DNA of 64,000 bases from Octopus vulgaris. Lineage: Eukaryota. Of this stretch, positions 23,448-36,395 are shown one piece after another. Within the stretch, counting starts at the first letter, position 1, and each line of letters starts with the position of its first letter. Position numbers and translations under genes: made by a program. The notes under the pieces were generated by a model. The model worked only from the letters and a program-made list of their open reading frames with translations. It was not told where the DNA came from and ran no database searches. The stretch lies in contig OX597814.1 of assembly GCA_951406725.2 (NCBI GenBank), positions 54,188,001-54,252,000 on the forward strand, read 5' to 3'.

Positions 23448-24842
23448 ATAACTGATCTTGGTTAGAATTTCCAGGAATGAATTTTCAGTTGTTCAGTTAA
23501 CTGAACTACCAGCTCATTGAATTAGTCAGTGGCTGAGTATTCTCCGGACAAATGTACCCTTAACGTAATCTTCAGGTAGAATCAGCATGATTGATATATA
23601 ACAGGCATGAGTAATTTTTTTGCAAGAAGTGAGCCACATAAAGACATGACCACACTACTAAAAAAAACTGAAGGTAATTTTTCATTAAATGTGCCATTCA
23701 GAAACTCAGATGGACCAGGGTGCCCTTGATTGGTATATAACAAACTATTGCTGCACATCTATAACCAATATATATTTCTAGGTGGTAAATAATGTGTGTG
23801 TGTGTGCATACATATGGTTTTAATAAATTGAGGCTTATGTGACATGACTAAAGATGTCAGGCCCTTTGGTGTTTTTAGACATTTTAAATCTGAAAATGAT
23901 CTTATTACAAGGCTTAAATTATGTTCTTTAATTCTTTTACTGGCTTCTGTCATTGGATGCTGCTTTGCTGAGGCACTGCATTCAAGGATTTTTAGTTAAC
24001 TGACCCTCATCACCAAGTCATTATTTTAGTTTGGTTCTTATTTGGTCTATCTCTATTGCCGTTTGATGTAAAAGGACACAACTCGATGTATTTATACATC
24101 AGTATATGCAGATACATATATACCTGCCTGTATACATGAATACATACATACAGAAAAAGGCTCCAGCATAGTTTCCATCTATCAAATTCTACCACAAGGT
24201 ACTGGTCTATTCACAAAGTGAACAGAAAAAAAATCACAGGAAAAGATATCACAAAAAAAAATTAAATAAATAAGTCAATTTTGGCTGGCTGATTAACAGT
24301 CACAAGGAAAATGGCCGCACATAGTATTATAAGTCACTTATTAACTCATTAACTTACAACAAATTACTTTTCTGCAATTATGACACATACATGAAAAACA
24401 ATAAGGCCTTTATCCAATAAAATAAAGCATAAAAAGAACATTTGTAACAGGAATTCTTTCCATGATACATTTTCTGTGACCTTTTCTTCTTCTTCCTAGA
24501 TTCTTAGTTAACTCATGGTTGCATTAGAACAAACCAGCTCAAAGTACTGAAAAGAGAGATCTTGGAAGTAGAAAAAAATGGATGCACTTCTTCACCACAC
24601 AGCTATACCTGCACCTATGTTGCTGTCTTGTTTATACTTTAAATTCATTAAGCTCATCTGCCCTTATAGTGTATTATGTAATTATTTCACTCATCTCTGA
24701 TAAAACTACTGAAAGTAATAGTTTCCGAAGGGTTAGGTGATGCTGAGTTAGTTACATGGAATGAAGAGTGGAGGAATATTTCCAATCTTAAGCAGTACAG
24801 TGATGACTTTGGGTATGTTTCAATCACATTAAACTTCATCAT

Positions 24843-25175
24843 AGGTACAGATATGGCTGTGTGGTAAGAAGTTTGCTTCCCAATCACATGGTTCTGGGCT
24901 CACTCCTGTTAAATGTGTCTTCTACTATAGTCCTGGGCCGACCAAAGCCTTGTGAGTAGATTTGGTAGACAGAAACTGAAAGTTGCCCTTTGTAAATGAG
25001 TGTGTGTCTGTGTCTTTGTGACTATGTTTGTACACACCACCACTTGAAAACCAGTATTGGTGTGTTTATGTCCCCATAGCTTAGCAGTTCAGCAAAAAGA
25101 GGCCAATTAGTTTGACTAAAAATTCTTCAAGGCAGTGCTCCAGCATGGCCACAGTCTAATGACTGAAACAAAAAA
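24843..25175 (+). mobile_element. Family A SINE
   Basis: Head, central (GT)n and tail ...gactgaaaca. Confidence 0.85.
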
Positions 25176-25409
25176 GTATAATCTAATCATAAATTCAAAT
25201 ATCTTTGAATGGTTATTGTTGTAAGATCTAATCCAGCTTAGATAAAGTAGAACCATTGTCATGATTATCTGAGTTGTGACTGTGTAGATTTACCTTTTTA
25301 AAAAGAAAGGATGAATCTGGAAAATGTTAAAAATAAAAAAGCTATAAGATGTGGTAATGCTGCTACCCCTAGTAGATCAAGCAGCCACATTGAATCAACT
25401 TCACACACT

Positions 25410-25645
25410 TTAAAGAAATTAGTCAGACAAATCAATCCCAATACTTATTTTTCAGTCTAGTACTTATTTTATCAGACTGCCAAACAGCTAATTTATAAGC
25501 CAACACCAGCTATCAAGTGGTGGTGGGAGACAGACACATAACAAAGACATCTACTAAATCTACTCACAAGGCTTTGCTTGGCCAGGGGCTATAATAGAAG
25601 ACACTTGCCCAAGGTGCTGCATAGTGAAACTGAACCCAAGACCAA
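25410..25645 (-). mobile_element. Family A SINE fragment
   Basis: actcacaaggctttgcttggccaggggctataatagaagacacttgccc. Confidence 0.7.
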
Positions 25646-26294
25646 TGCCTGAGCCTGTGAAATCATTCTACAATTGCTCTTCATTTTAAAAATTTAACCC
25701 TTCCTCTAGCTTTCTTTATTTTGTTTTTGTTTACATTCCCTTATTTCCAACTCTCATTGCAGTGGCTTTCTAAATCAATTTTGTGTGTGTGTGTGTGTGT
25801 GTTTGTCCCGATATTTCACACCTAATATAGCATTCACTGGCTATATTTTTATTGCTCCCATCCACGTCATACATCTAGTTTTTCATACTCGAATTTATAC
25901 CACTCTATTCTTTCTGATCATTAAACACCTTCTTTCATCACATCCTGTTAAAATCTGTCTCTCATACATCACTCTCAACACAAAATCAACTTACTTCCTG
26001 GGTTTGTCGTCATTTCTGTGTCATTTCCAGATCAGCACTGACCAAGTATTACTATGAGCATGCAAGCAGCTGCCAAGTGCATGACCAGGCATGTTTACCC
26101 CAATTACACCACACCTCAACCTAGTTGGGAAACAGAGTACATATTCTGACATGCAGTGATAGACAGTAGGAAGAGTGATGTGATAATCTGAACATTTCTA
26201 TTTTAGAGTGTATTCTATTTAATTTATTCATCTATATTTAATGTAGAGTACTTTCATAAATTTCTACCCCAGACAGAACTCTATCTATAAAAAA

Positions 26295-26432
26295 TGGCTT
26301 TGCAACCAAATAGTTTTGAGTTCAGTCTCAGTGTGCAGCACCTTGGACAAGTGTCTTCTGTTAGAGCCTTGGGCTAACCAATGTCTTGTGAGTGAATTTG
26401 GTATACAGAAATTGTGTGGAAGTCCATTGTAT
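26295..26432 (+). mobile_element. Family A SINE head
   Basis: ccttggacaagtgtcttc...gtgagtgaatttgg; the matching tail appears to resume at 26985-27190. Confidence 0.65.
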
Positions 26433-26441
26433 ACATATATA

Positions 26442-26650
26442 TATGAGGGGAAGCTGAAAAGTTTCTGGTTTTAGGTAAAAGAAAAAAAGGGTGGGGGTCA
26501 GTTAATTATGATTTTATTCAGCATATTCTCCTCTCAGACTCACACACTTATTGCAGCAGTCCTTCAGTTTTTCTAAGCCCTGTAAATGAACTCAGAAAAT
26601 TGGGTCTTTCACGATATCCTTAAAGCCAGGAACTTTTCAGCACCCCTACG
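26442..26650. mobile_element. Mariner-type MITE
   Basis: TIRs GAGGGGAAGCTGAAAAGTTTCTGG / CCAGGAACTTTTCAGCACCCC in TA context; further copies at 43604-43703 and 43914-44110. Confidence 0.8.
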
Positions 26651-26652
26651 AG

Positions 26653-26715
<63 letters not shown>

Positions 26716-26918
26716 CCCTTTAACCACACATACTTTTCTCAGACTTTTTTTCCTTCTCTCTGCACCTTTCCTCTCTCCTTTTTGTAATGAAGAACCATGC
26801 TTGAAACATTATACATTCACTCTTTTTTCCATCTTACACTGAGTGTCAAGCTAATACTTTCCATGTACACATCCTTTTGAGTTTTGTTGTTTTGCTAATT
26901 TTAATTAACGATTTGCTT
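26716..26918 (+). mobile_element. Decayed hammerhead-bearing element in (TA)n
   Basis: TA tracts on both sides; GTAATGA-A-GAAC-cat-GCTT-GAAA-CATT at 26784-26810; shares CTGAG...CTAATAC layout with 11551-11732. Confidence 0.55.
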
Positions 26919-26984
26919 ATATATATATATGTATGTATATATGTATGTGTTAATGTATGAATGTGTGTGTGTGTATATGTGTTT

Positions 26985-27190
26985 CTATTTTGTTTGTCCC
27001 CCACACCCACAACTGTTTGACAATTGAATTTGCCTTATTTTCATCTCCATGACTTAGCAGTTTGGTAAAAGAGACCAACAGAACAAGAACCAGACTTAAG
27101 AAATATATACTGTGGTTGATTTGTTTGACTAAACCTTTAAGGTATTGCCCCAGCATGGCCACAGTCCAATGACCAAATCAAGTAAAAGAA
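26985..27190 (+). mobile_element. Family A SINE tail
   Basis: gacttagcagtttggtaaaagagacc...cagcatggccacagtc...agtaaaagaa. Confidence 0.75.
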
Positions 27191-27220
27191 GAAAGATACT
27201 GGATAGAGTACCTTCTGGGT

Positions 27221-27528
27221 CAAAGGTCAGCAGGTCTAGGTCAAATAGGCCACTAAAGTGTTTTCTTTGAGCCTTAGATGTTTTCTAAGAATTTAAAAAA
27301 TTTGATGTATTTGTGGGCCATTCAACAGCTGATGGTTTTAAATAGTCTTTTATGTCATGGTTTGTTTAATTTTTGCTTAAATAAGCATTGCCAGTGACAT
27401 GAAAGGAGACAGAATATGTGAGGGTATTTTTATATGTAAGATATGATAAAACATATATGTGAGCCATTGGTAAATCTAAAACAAAATATCAAAAATGGGT
27501 TGTTACAAAAAGAAATTGTTGATCCCTG
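27221..27528. mobile_element. Decayed hAT MITE
   Basis: Ends CAAAGGTCAGCA / TGTTGATCCCTG. Confidence 0.5.
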
Positions 27529-27539
27529 CTGTCTCTCTT

Positions 27540-27957
27540 GTACTCTTTTACTTGTTTTAGTCATTTGACTGCGGCCATGCTGGAGCCCCGCCTTTTTAGT
27601 TGAGCAAATTGACCCCAGGACTTATTTTTTGTAAGCCTAGTACTTATTCTATCAGTCTCTTTTGCTGAACCACTAAGTTACGGGGATGTAAACACACCAG
27701 CATCAGTTGTCAAGCGATGTTGGGGGGACAAACACAGACACACAAACATATATACACACACATACACACATATATATATATATACATATATACAACGACT
27801 TCTTTCAGTTTCCATCTACCAAATCCACTCACAAGGCTTTGGTTGGCCCGATGATATAGTAGAAGACACTTGCCCAAGGTGCCACGCAGTGGGACTGAAT
27901 CCGGAACCATGTGGTTGGTAAGCAAGCTACTTACCACACAGCTACTCCTGCGCCTAT
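27540..27957 (-). mobile_element. Well-preserved full-length family A SINE
   Basis: Minus strand GGCGCAGGAGTAGCTGTGTGGTAAG...GATTCAGTCCC through tail AAGTAAAAGAGTA. Confidence 0.92.
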
Positions 27958-28094
27958 AGAGTATAAAGTTATGCTTTAGTTGCTAATTAATTTTAAAGCT
28001 GTCACCATCCTTTCAATTCTGTAACAGATTTTTTTCCAGAATATTACTTCTACATTTGTATCAGATTCCTCTTTCATATTTTAGCACTCAGGCC

Positions 28095-28270
28095 AAAAAG
28101 CACCCAATATACTCTGTAAAGTGGTTGGTGCTAGGAAGAGCATTCAGCCATAGAAACCATTCCAAAATAGACAATGGATCCTAGGCAGCTTTCTGGCAGG
28201 CCAGCTCCTGCCAAACCATCCAACCCATGCCATGATGGAAAATGGATGTTAAATGAAGATGATGATGATG
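28095..28270 (+). mobile_element. RTE 3' end fragment
   Basis: aaaagcaccc...caacccatgcc...gttaaatgaagatgatgatgatg. Confidence 0.8.
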
Positions 28271-29124
28271 TGTTCTATATAAGATTCAAGTCTCTGAGCC
28301 AGTAGAAGTAAAATATCTAAATAGATAAACTGTCAAACAACCAGCTCATGGATCAAGAGTTCATATCTCATTGCAAGTTCTTCATTGAATCCACAGGCCA
28401 AGAAATCTAATTTTACATGCCTCAGTTTATTTGGCAGGAAATTAGGTGCTAAGACTGGCTGTGATAAACATCATATCGAGGGAAGGATCTGCATTCTGTA
28501 GTCACTTGTGTAGATTTGGCAATAATTTGTACAAGAAGAATTATGTAAACAAACACACGATAGAGCACTTGAGTTAATTGTAAATAAGATGTTATATTTA
28601 GCCTCACTAGAAAATAATTTGGAGTATATTTTACTTTAGTTGTATGAGTGGGTGCCGCTGTTGTTTTACTCTGCAGCAGTTGTGGTTATTGCTGCTGCTG
28701 ATAATTGATGAATGATTTTTTAAAAGAAAGCAGGATACAAATAAGTAAAATAAAAAAAATATATAAAACAAAATAACTGAGTGAAACAAAATATTATTAG
28801 TTAAAAATTAATTAAATTATATTAATGTCAGGGATATACTTAATTTGTGCTTTTAGTACTACTTGTTTCTATTTATATATATATATATAAATTTTACATA
28901 TACCCTACCCCATTAAACCAAAATTCATCTCTTCTCTTTTTCACATTTTCTCTATTTTTTTTTTTTGCAAATGCTTATTTCTCCCTCTTCGCTTCTATAG
29001 CCCAATCCTGTCCTCTCTGTATTACCCACTGTATCATTGCTATCCTGTTGCCCCCAACTCTATATACCCAGGTTTCACCACTCACTGCATTCTCTCTCTT
29101 CCTACTTCTTTGCATTCATATGAA

Positions 29125-29418
29125 CTCCCTTGGCATTTGGAAGGGCATCCAACCATTAAAACCATACCAAAATAGGCCTCACCAGTGCATGTGCCAGGTA
29201 AAAAGCACCCAGTCCAATCTGTAAAGTGGTTGGCTCTAGGAAAAGCATCCAGCCACAAGAACCATGCCAAAACAGACCTCACCAGTGGTGGTGCCAGGTA
29301 AAAAGCACCCAGTCCATTCTGCAAAATGGTTAGTGTTAAGAAGAGCTTCCAGCTGTAAAAACCATGCAAAGGCAGATAGAGGAGCTTGGCACAGCATGGA
29401 TATTAAATGATGATGATA
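29125..29418 (+). mobile_element. RTE 3' end fragment with tandem internal duplication
   Basis: gtgccaggtaaaaagcacccagtcca occurs twice about 101 bp apart; ends attaaatgatgatgat. Confidence 0.7.
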
Positions 29419-29454
29419 TATATACATACATAAAAGTAACCATATGTATATGAA

Positions 29455-30360
29455 CAGGCTGTTCAGGTTAAATATGACAATGTTTTGTGTCTCTTTTACT
29501 TTTCTGGAACAGCTTAATATATTGGTGAACAGTCAATTGGCATAGGAGAGCATAAAAATTAAAGTTGTAGTTGAGAATAAGTTAGCTGACATGGAGAACT
29601 GGAAGCCATCTAAATATTGGAAAAAAGTTAACTGTATCATTATGATTCACACTGGGTATCAAAATGCTGACATTTTGACTGCTGCTCAATACTCTGGGAA
29701 TATTGTTAAGGTTGTAAGATGTGACGTGGACAGCTGCAATGGAGAATACATAACCGTGACCAGTAGGAAAGGACACAGCAGGCGTTCTGACTGCGTTTGC
29801 ACACCAGAATTCATCCCCATTTCTGTGAACAGGGCCTAAAACTCAATTCAAACAGCTATGCAAAGCCACTGGAGATTGTGGTCAATCTGTGGTTGAGGAG
29901 GGTAGCTGCTGGAAGGCTACATGTGTGGTAACAGGATCTGGATTGTTGCTATAACTCTGGAAAAAGTCAGAAGTGGTTGGTGGAGAATTTTATGACTTTG
30001 CCAGGCCCAATTTCTAGTCTCCTAATTCCTCTGATTGTAATCTCATGGATTACTAAGTGTGGGGCATGGTTGAGAAAGACACCAACCAATATGCCTGCAA
30101 TACCAAGGTTGAGCTGGTGGCCAAGATCAAGGAGGTATTCCAAGATCATACCAGGGATACAGTTAGGAATATATGCACCAGATTCTAGAGTTACACTGAG
30201 GCTGTGGTGTAAGCCGAGAGTGGCTTCTTTGAGTAAATTGTTATCTCTCTGCTATAATCGGATTCATATTTTTTGATTTTATAAAATACATTTACTTTTG
30301 GATGGGATATTGTTTTCTTTTCCCTTTATGCAAACTGTCAAATTTAGCCCAAACACCCTG
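29455..30360 (+). mobile_element. Internally deleted Tc1/mariner element
   Basis: TIRs CAGGCTGTTCAGGTTAAATATGACA / TGTCAAATTTAGCCCAAACACCCTG; decayed PNSPDCNxxDY region near 30010-30060 related to 8850-9041. Confidence 0.8.
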
Positions 30361-31624
30361 GATACAGAAGTGGACTTCCATCATTCAATGTAGTGCTCCA
30401 GCATGGCTGCAGTCTGGAACAAGTAAAAGAATAAAAGAATATATAAATAAATAAAATGAGGGATGTCTATTTACTTTTGAGATGACTGTGTGTATATGTT
30501 TGTGTGTGTGATGATGATGATCATCATCATCATTTAATGTTTTTTTTACATGCTGGCATAAGTTGGCCGACCAAAGTGAGTTGGATAGAACACACATTTT
30601 GTATAACCTCAGATATTTGAATATAAATGCATGCTGATCTACTAAAGTTAGGAATTTGGGAATGATCAAAATTTAGGGAAGTTTTCCATACTGTAAAAAA
30701 ACTGTTCTATATTTGAGAGATGAGGAATTGTTTACATTATTTACATTTAACAGATATTTGTCCTCATCTTGTTTGTTGTTAATATATACATGGAATATTT
30801 TGAGAATTTGGCTTTAGGATCAACACCACTAAAACCAACCCTATGGCTGCTATATGTTGATGACACCTTTATACTCTGGCCTCACCAGAAAGATGTCCAA
30901 GTACTGTTAGATCATGTGAACTCAATAAAGCCATCCATACAGTTCACAATGGAAAAGGAAAAAGACAATCAGCTAGCATTCCTGGACATATTAATAACAC
31001 ACACCAAGTATGGATCCAGAGCATCTCTATACTGCAAGCCAAACTTCACTGGACAATACCTCAACTTCAATTCCTACCATCCATACAGTGTAAAGAGAGG
31101 GATTGCTCAGTGCCTAAAACATCGAGCAAATAATATAAGTAGTGATCCTGATACACATCATTAAGAAATGATCAAGCTAAGTAACATTCCATGAAGCAAC
31201 AACTACTCCAAAAACATTCTATCCACTCCAATTATGAAGAGAAGAGAGGATGAAACTCATAAACTGACCACAGTCTGTCTACCCTATGTGAAAGGCCTCT
31301 CCAAAAAGATACAAAAGATATGCAGCCCATATGACATCAGGACAGTATTCAAGAATAATACAACACTTTGCGCATATCTCCTTTGAGTAAAACCACCAAT
31401 AGAAGAGAATATGACCACTTCTCCCTGTGGGATGAAGTTAAAATAATAGACAAAGAACATCACTGGAAAATATGAAAACTAAAAGAGGTAGCACATATTC
31501 TAGGACATAATAACCTCCTAAGCAAACCTAGTGTAGATATGAGTAGCATATGGGAACCGGTATTAAGGAAGGATAGAAAAATATTAGACTTATAAGCCCT
31601 AAAATTCACTCCATATTTGCTCAC

Positions 31625-31697
31625 GGGCATATGGCGTAGTGGTTAAGAGTGCAGGCTACTAACCCCAAGATTCCGAGTTTGATTCCAAGCAGTGACC
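31625..31697 (+). promoter_or_regulatory. tRNA-like Pol III A/B-box cassette in Penelope 3' region
   Basis: GGGCATATGGCGTAGTGGTTAAGAG (A box) ... GAGTTTGATTCC (B-box-like), followed by (AAT)n. Confidence 0.72.
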
Positions 31698-31763
31698 TGA
31701 ATAATAATAATAACATTGGAAAAATACCTTAGGAATGAGAACCCAGGTTCAAAATTCACCCAG

Positions 31764-31806
31764 GATATCTGATGAAGGCTGGAGAGTACAACAGCCAAAA
31801 TGTGTT
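31764..31806 (+). ncRNA. Degenerate minimal hammerhead ribozyme motif
   Basis: GATAT-CTGATGA-A-GGCTG-gagagtacaa-CAGCC-AAAA-T-GTGTT; GAAA box mutated, small deletion in stem III. Confidence 0.62.
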
Positions 31807-32365
31807 AACAAACAAAATGAGAACAAATATCCGTCTAATGTAAATAATGTGTAAAAAAGCTTTTGAACTTCTAAGAATTTCTGAATTTAACAAATATACA
31901 AGCATTGAGAATTCTCAGGATTTTATTAATTTTTCTAAGAATTCCTGCCATAATATTTAAAACTACTTAAAAATAGTAAGACTGTCTTAAAATGACTCAT
32001 TGATTCAGGAAGTAGTGTTATAAGCAATTTCTGAAAAACAAGTTGAAAGAGATGAAACTTCTTTGAAAAGAATTTATGAACAGAAACTAACTATTTATGG
32101 GACAACAGATTGAAATTATAGAAGAAATATTAAAGGAAGGGGGGTGTCAAATAAATTCATTTATTTCCATTTATTTTAATCCTTTCCAATGTTATGTTAT
32201 TTGATTAACATGAAAAATATTTTTATCATTGTGTTTTTTCTTGTAGTTTTGTTCAGCCTCTTACTAAATTTGCTTATTACTTTTTAAATTTTAATAAATT
32301 TGACCACTTTTTAGGCATATTACAATGGAATGCTAAGAAGAGAAAAAAAAATGAATTTATTTGAT

Positions 32366-32526
32366 AGGAATGGCTGTGTGGTAAGAAGCTGGCTTCCCAA
32401 CTACATGGCTCCAGGTTCAGTCCCACTGCATGGCACCTTGGGCAAGTGTCTTCTACTATAGCCTCAGGCTGACCAAAGCCTTGTGAGTGGATTTGGTAGA
32501 CAGAAACTGAAAGATGCCCATCGTGT
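32366..32526 (+). mobile_element. Family A SINE head
   Basis: Head and body intact; the tail resumes at about 33330-33530 after a nested RTE. Confidence 0.85.
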
Positions 32527-33312
32527 ATATCATTATTATCCTCATTTAGTGTCTGCCCTCTATGCTGGCATTGGTTAGATGGTTTGAAACCTGTAAGCTG
32601 GAGAGCTGCAACAGATTCCAATCTGATTTGGCATAGTTTCTACAGCTGGATGTCCTTCATAATGCCAACCACTCCAAGAGTGTAAATGGGTGCTTTTTAC
32701 ATACCACCAGCACGGGTGCCAGTTACATGTTATCGGCATCAACCATGACTATAATTTCATTTGGCTTGACAAGTCTTCTCAAGCACAGCCTATCGCCAAA
32801 GGCTACAGTCACTTATCATCTGTGTAGGGCCCAACATTTGAAAGGTGCTTTTTGCATGTCACCAGTATGGGTGCCTGTTACACAACACTGGCATCAGCCA
32901 CAACTACAATTTCACTTAGTTTAACAGGTCTTCTCAAGCACAGCATATCGCCAAAGGTCTTAGTCACTTGTCATTGCTTCTGTGAGGCTCAAAGTTCGAA
33001 GATTATGCTTCACCACCTCATCTCATGTCTTCCTGGGTCTACTTCTTCCACAAGTTCTCTCCACAGTTAGAGATTGGCACTTTTTTACACAGCTGTCCTC
33101 ATCTATATACATCACATAACCATACTAGTGCAGTCATCTCTCTTGCACACCACATCTGATGCCTCTTATATCCAGCTTTTCTCTCAGAATGCTTACACTC
33201 TGTCATGCATTCACACTGACATTACACATCCAGCAGAGCATACTCGCTTCATTTCTTTCAAGCCTACACATGTCCTCGGCAGTCACAGTCCATGTTTCAC
33301 TGCTGTGTAGCA
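32527..33312 (-). mobile_element. RTE 3' portion nested in a SINE
   Basis: Reverse complement of the ORF end and 3' UTR (compare 13265-13660 and 13960-14131). Confidence 0.85.
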
Positions 33313-34293
33313 AGGTTATTCACATACAGGCAGGCTGTTTGCATGTCTTTGTGGCTGTCCCTCACTCCCACTTGACAATTGGTGCTGGTGTATTCATGTC
33401 ACTGTAACTTAAAGGTTTGGCAAAAGAAAGTGATAGAGTAAGTACCAGGCTTTTAAAAAATAAGTACTCGGGTTGATACATTCGACAAAAAAATTCTTCA
33501 AAAGACTGAAACAAGTAAAAGATAAAAGATAACCCAATACTATTCAGATTAATTACTATTGATGGATTTTCCAAGAATGTAATTGTAAAAAGTACTTTTA
33601 TTAGGAAATCTATTACAAATCTAGTATCAGCAAATATATTCCCTGGGTGAAGGGATAAATTTAGCACTGCCCTCCAGTTGGGAATCCTTATTTAGAGCAA
33701 GTTCTTTTGGAATAACACTTTGATGAAGGGCTCTGCTTGATGTGTTGGATGTTTTCTTTTAGTAAAGCATACTGACATACATCAATGTTTGACATTGTAG
33801 ATAAATAGTTAGATGAGTAGATATACATACATGATAATACACATTTAGAGAGAAGAAAATACACAAATAGCTAACACAGACTAATAGGCAGACATAGACT
33901 CAGGCAGACACACACACATACACATTACCAGTTCCTTTTCTTGTAACATGTTAACATTAAAAAATAAACAAGCAAGTTGTAATAATATTTTCTTAGCTAC
34001 ACCAAACTATATATTACATATTTTCAAGCAGATCATCTTAGCTGAAGGATAAAATCTTAAAAACACTACCTCTAACAATTCTGACGTTAAGCATGATAAT
34101 GAATCTGTGTAACACTATCATTAAATTTCCCATACACATGCACACTCACGTATGCACACACAGACATCATCATCATTAAATGTTTGTTTTCCATGCTGGC
34201 ATGGTTTGGACAGTTCAACAGGAACTAAAGGACTTCACCAAGCTCTACTGTGGGCTTTGGTATGATTTCTATGGCTAAATGCCCTTCTTAATA

Positions 34294-34344
<51 letters not shown>

Positions 34345-34664
34345 ACATGGATTATGAAACAGCTGTCAACTAATGGAATAAATGTCTATTCTCTCAGTTC
34401 ACTTCTCTTATCTGATCAATTTATATATATATATTATTGTGTCTAGGGAGAGTTTAGATGCCAATATATTTAACACACACACGCTGGTTCAATTCCACTT
34501 CTTTATCAAATATCCAATTGTTTTGTTTTTGTTTGTTTGAGATCTTGTGTGCATGCCAGCATGTACATGTGCTTGTGTATGTGTGTGTGTATGTATGTAT
34601 GTATGTATGGGCCAAACTGACATCCGCATTTTGTCCAAGTACCCAAAGGACCCATCATTTAGAT

Positions 34665-35444
34665 CAAAGGTTCTCAACCCATTTTGGCTAAAGGCCTCTT
34701 TTGACCCTTGGAGTCACAAATGGCACCCTTAGAAAATATTTTTATTTTTCAATATACTACTTATTTTGATATCAGGCCAAATCATTCGTTTCTCTTTATA
34801 ATTTCCAAATAATCTTTTAAATACTTCAAAATCAAAAATTGTGTAAATGTGTGTGCCAGAAACTAGTTAAAAATCAAGGAAATAGATTTTGGGGATATGT
34901 CGTGTTATGACTGACTTTTATTCCATTATTCTAATATCTTCTGAAACTTATACATGTATAAATGCATACAGAAATGTACAAATATATATTCACACACACA
35001 TACATTTTTACAGAGTTTTATCTACATCCTTGTATATATATATATAAATATCTTGGAATATCTACACAATTATGCCCCAAAGATTTGCTTCTTCATAACC
35101 TTGAGAAAATTAAATATTTCTTTTTTATAAATATAATTCAGATCATGTAGATTCCGATTAAATTGGAATTCATTGTGAAAACAATTTGTGCCTGAAGGAG
35201 TTTTAGAAAATTCACACCATTAAGCTTTGTTGTATATTTATATGTATATATATATATATATGTGGGTGTATACATTTTGTTTTAATTATATCTTTATACA
35301 CACACATACACACATAAAAAACTTACTAAAGTTGAGGGTCTTCCAGCACCTCTTAGCGCTCTCCAAGTCTTAACACTCCCCCTAGTACCCCTTTGCTCCA
35401 AAATGCCCCCACTGAGCTCCAAATGGCCTCTGTTGAGAACCTTA
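34665..35444. mobile_element. Non-autonomous hAT-type element
   Basis: TIRs CAAAGGTTCTCAAC / GTTGAGAACCTTA. Confidence 0.6.
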
Positions 35445-35536
35445 CACAAATACAAGAGTACATCCTCATAAATGAAACATTACTTGTACTAAATAGGAAA
35501 TACACATAGAAGATAGAGATAGCCCAATGCCACAGA

Positions 35537-35772
35537 TACCTATTTCTTTATTACCTACAAGGGGCTAAACACAGAGAGGACAAACAAGGACAGACATAGG
35601 TATTAAGTCGATTACATCGACCCCAGTGCGTAACTGGTACTTATTTAATCGACCCCGAAAGGATGAAAGGCAAAGTCGACCTCGGCGGAATTTGAACTCA
35701 CAACGTAACGCAGATGAAATACCGCTAAGCATTTCGCCCGGCGTGCTAACGTTTCTGCCAGCTTGCCACCTT
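35537..35772 (-). mobile_element. tRNA-derived SINE, family B
   Basis: Minus strand AAGGTGGCAAGCTGGCAGAAACGTTAGC...GAGTTCAAATTCC, core GCCTTTCATCCTTTCGGGGTCGATTAAATAAGTACCAG (resembles the MetaSINE domain, from memory); flanking ACAGATACC duplication. Confidence 0.88.
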
Positions 35773-36395
35773 TGCCAGCTTGCCGACAGATACCACCCAC
35801 AGAGAATGCATACATAGGTACATTCGTAAGTAGGCAGTCAAGTAGGTAAATAGGTATATATAGGTTGGACTTTTGGACTTTACTCATAGGGTATTGGAAT
35901 ATTACATATATACCATTCTGCCTAAAAAATGGATTTACAACTTCAATATCCCTACATATCTTGCATCTATTTTCTTTCCTCCACCTCACTCTCTATTTTG
36001 TATCACATCTAAACTAACTATGACTTAACCATCCTCTCACACCATCTCCGATGAAGGGATATATATATATATATATGTAGATAGGTCAGTAGGTGCATAG
36101 GTGATACAAAAAGATAAGCACACACATGCACATACACAAGTGTACCTGCATACTCAAACTGATATATATAAGCACACTCAAATATGCACACACAAGGAAG
36201 CAGAGATACACACACATACATAATACACAAATACACAAGCACACACACAAATGCATGAATATGCAGAATACATATGTACATACACAAGCACATGTGCATG
36301 CTCGCACACACACCTCCACACAACAAGAATGCAAACAAAAAAATGTGACCTCTATAACAGATTAAGTCAATGGTCATTGAAAAGGTTGCAAGAAG

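Larger units (their letters stand above)
30716..31851 (+). mobile_element. 5'-truncated Penelope-like element with inverted 5' pseudo-LTR piece
   Basis: RT NIYMEYFE...WLLYVDDTF...IQFTMEKE...LAFLD...YLNFNSYHP (ORF 30769-31164); 30733-30782 is the reverse complement of 31805-31850. Confidence 0.92.

Noticed and set aside
31625-31697. Functional tRNA gene
   Set aside because: Acceptor and T stems pair poorly and the sequence is embedded in a Penelope repeat; treated as a tRNA-like cassette.
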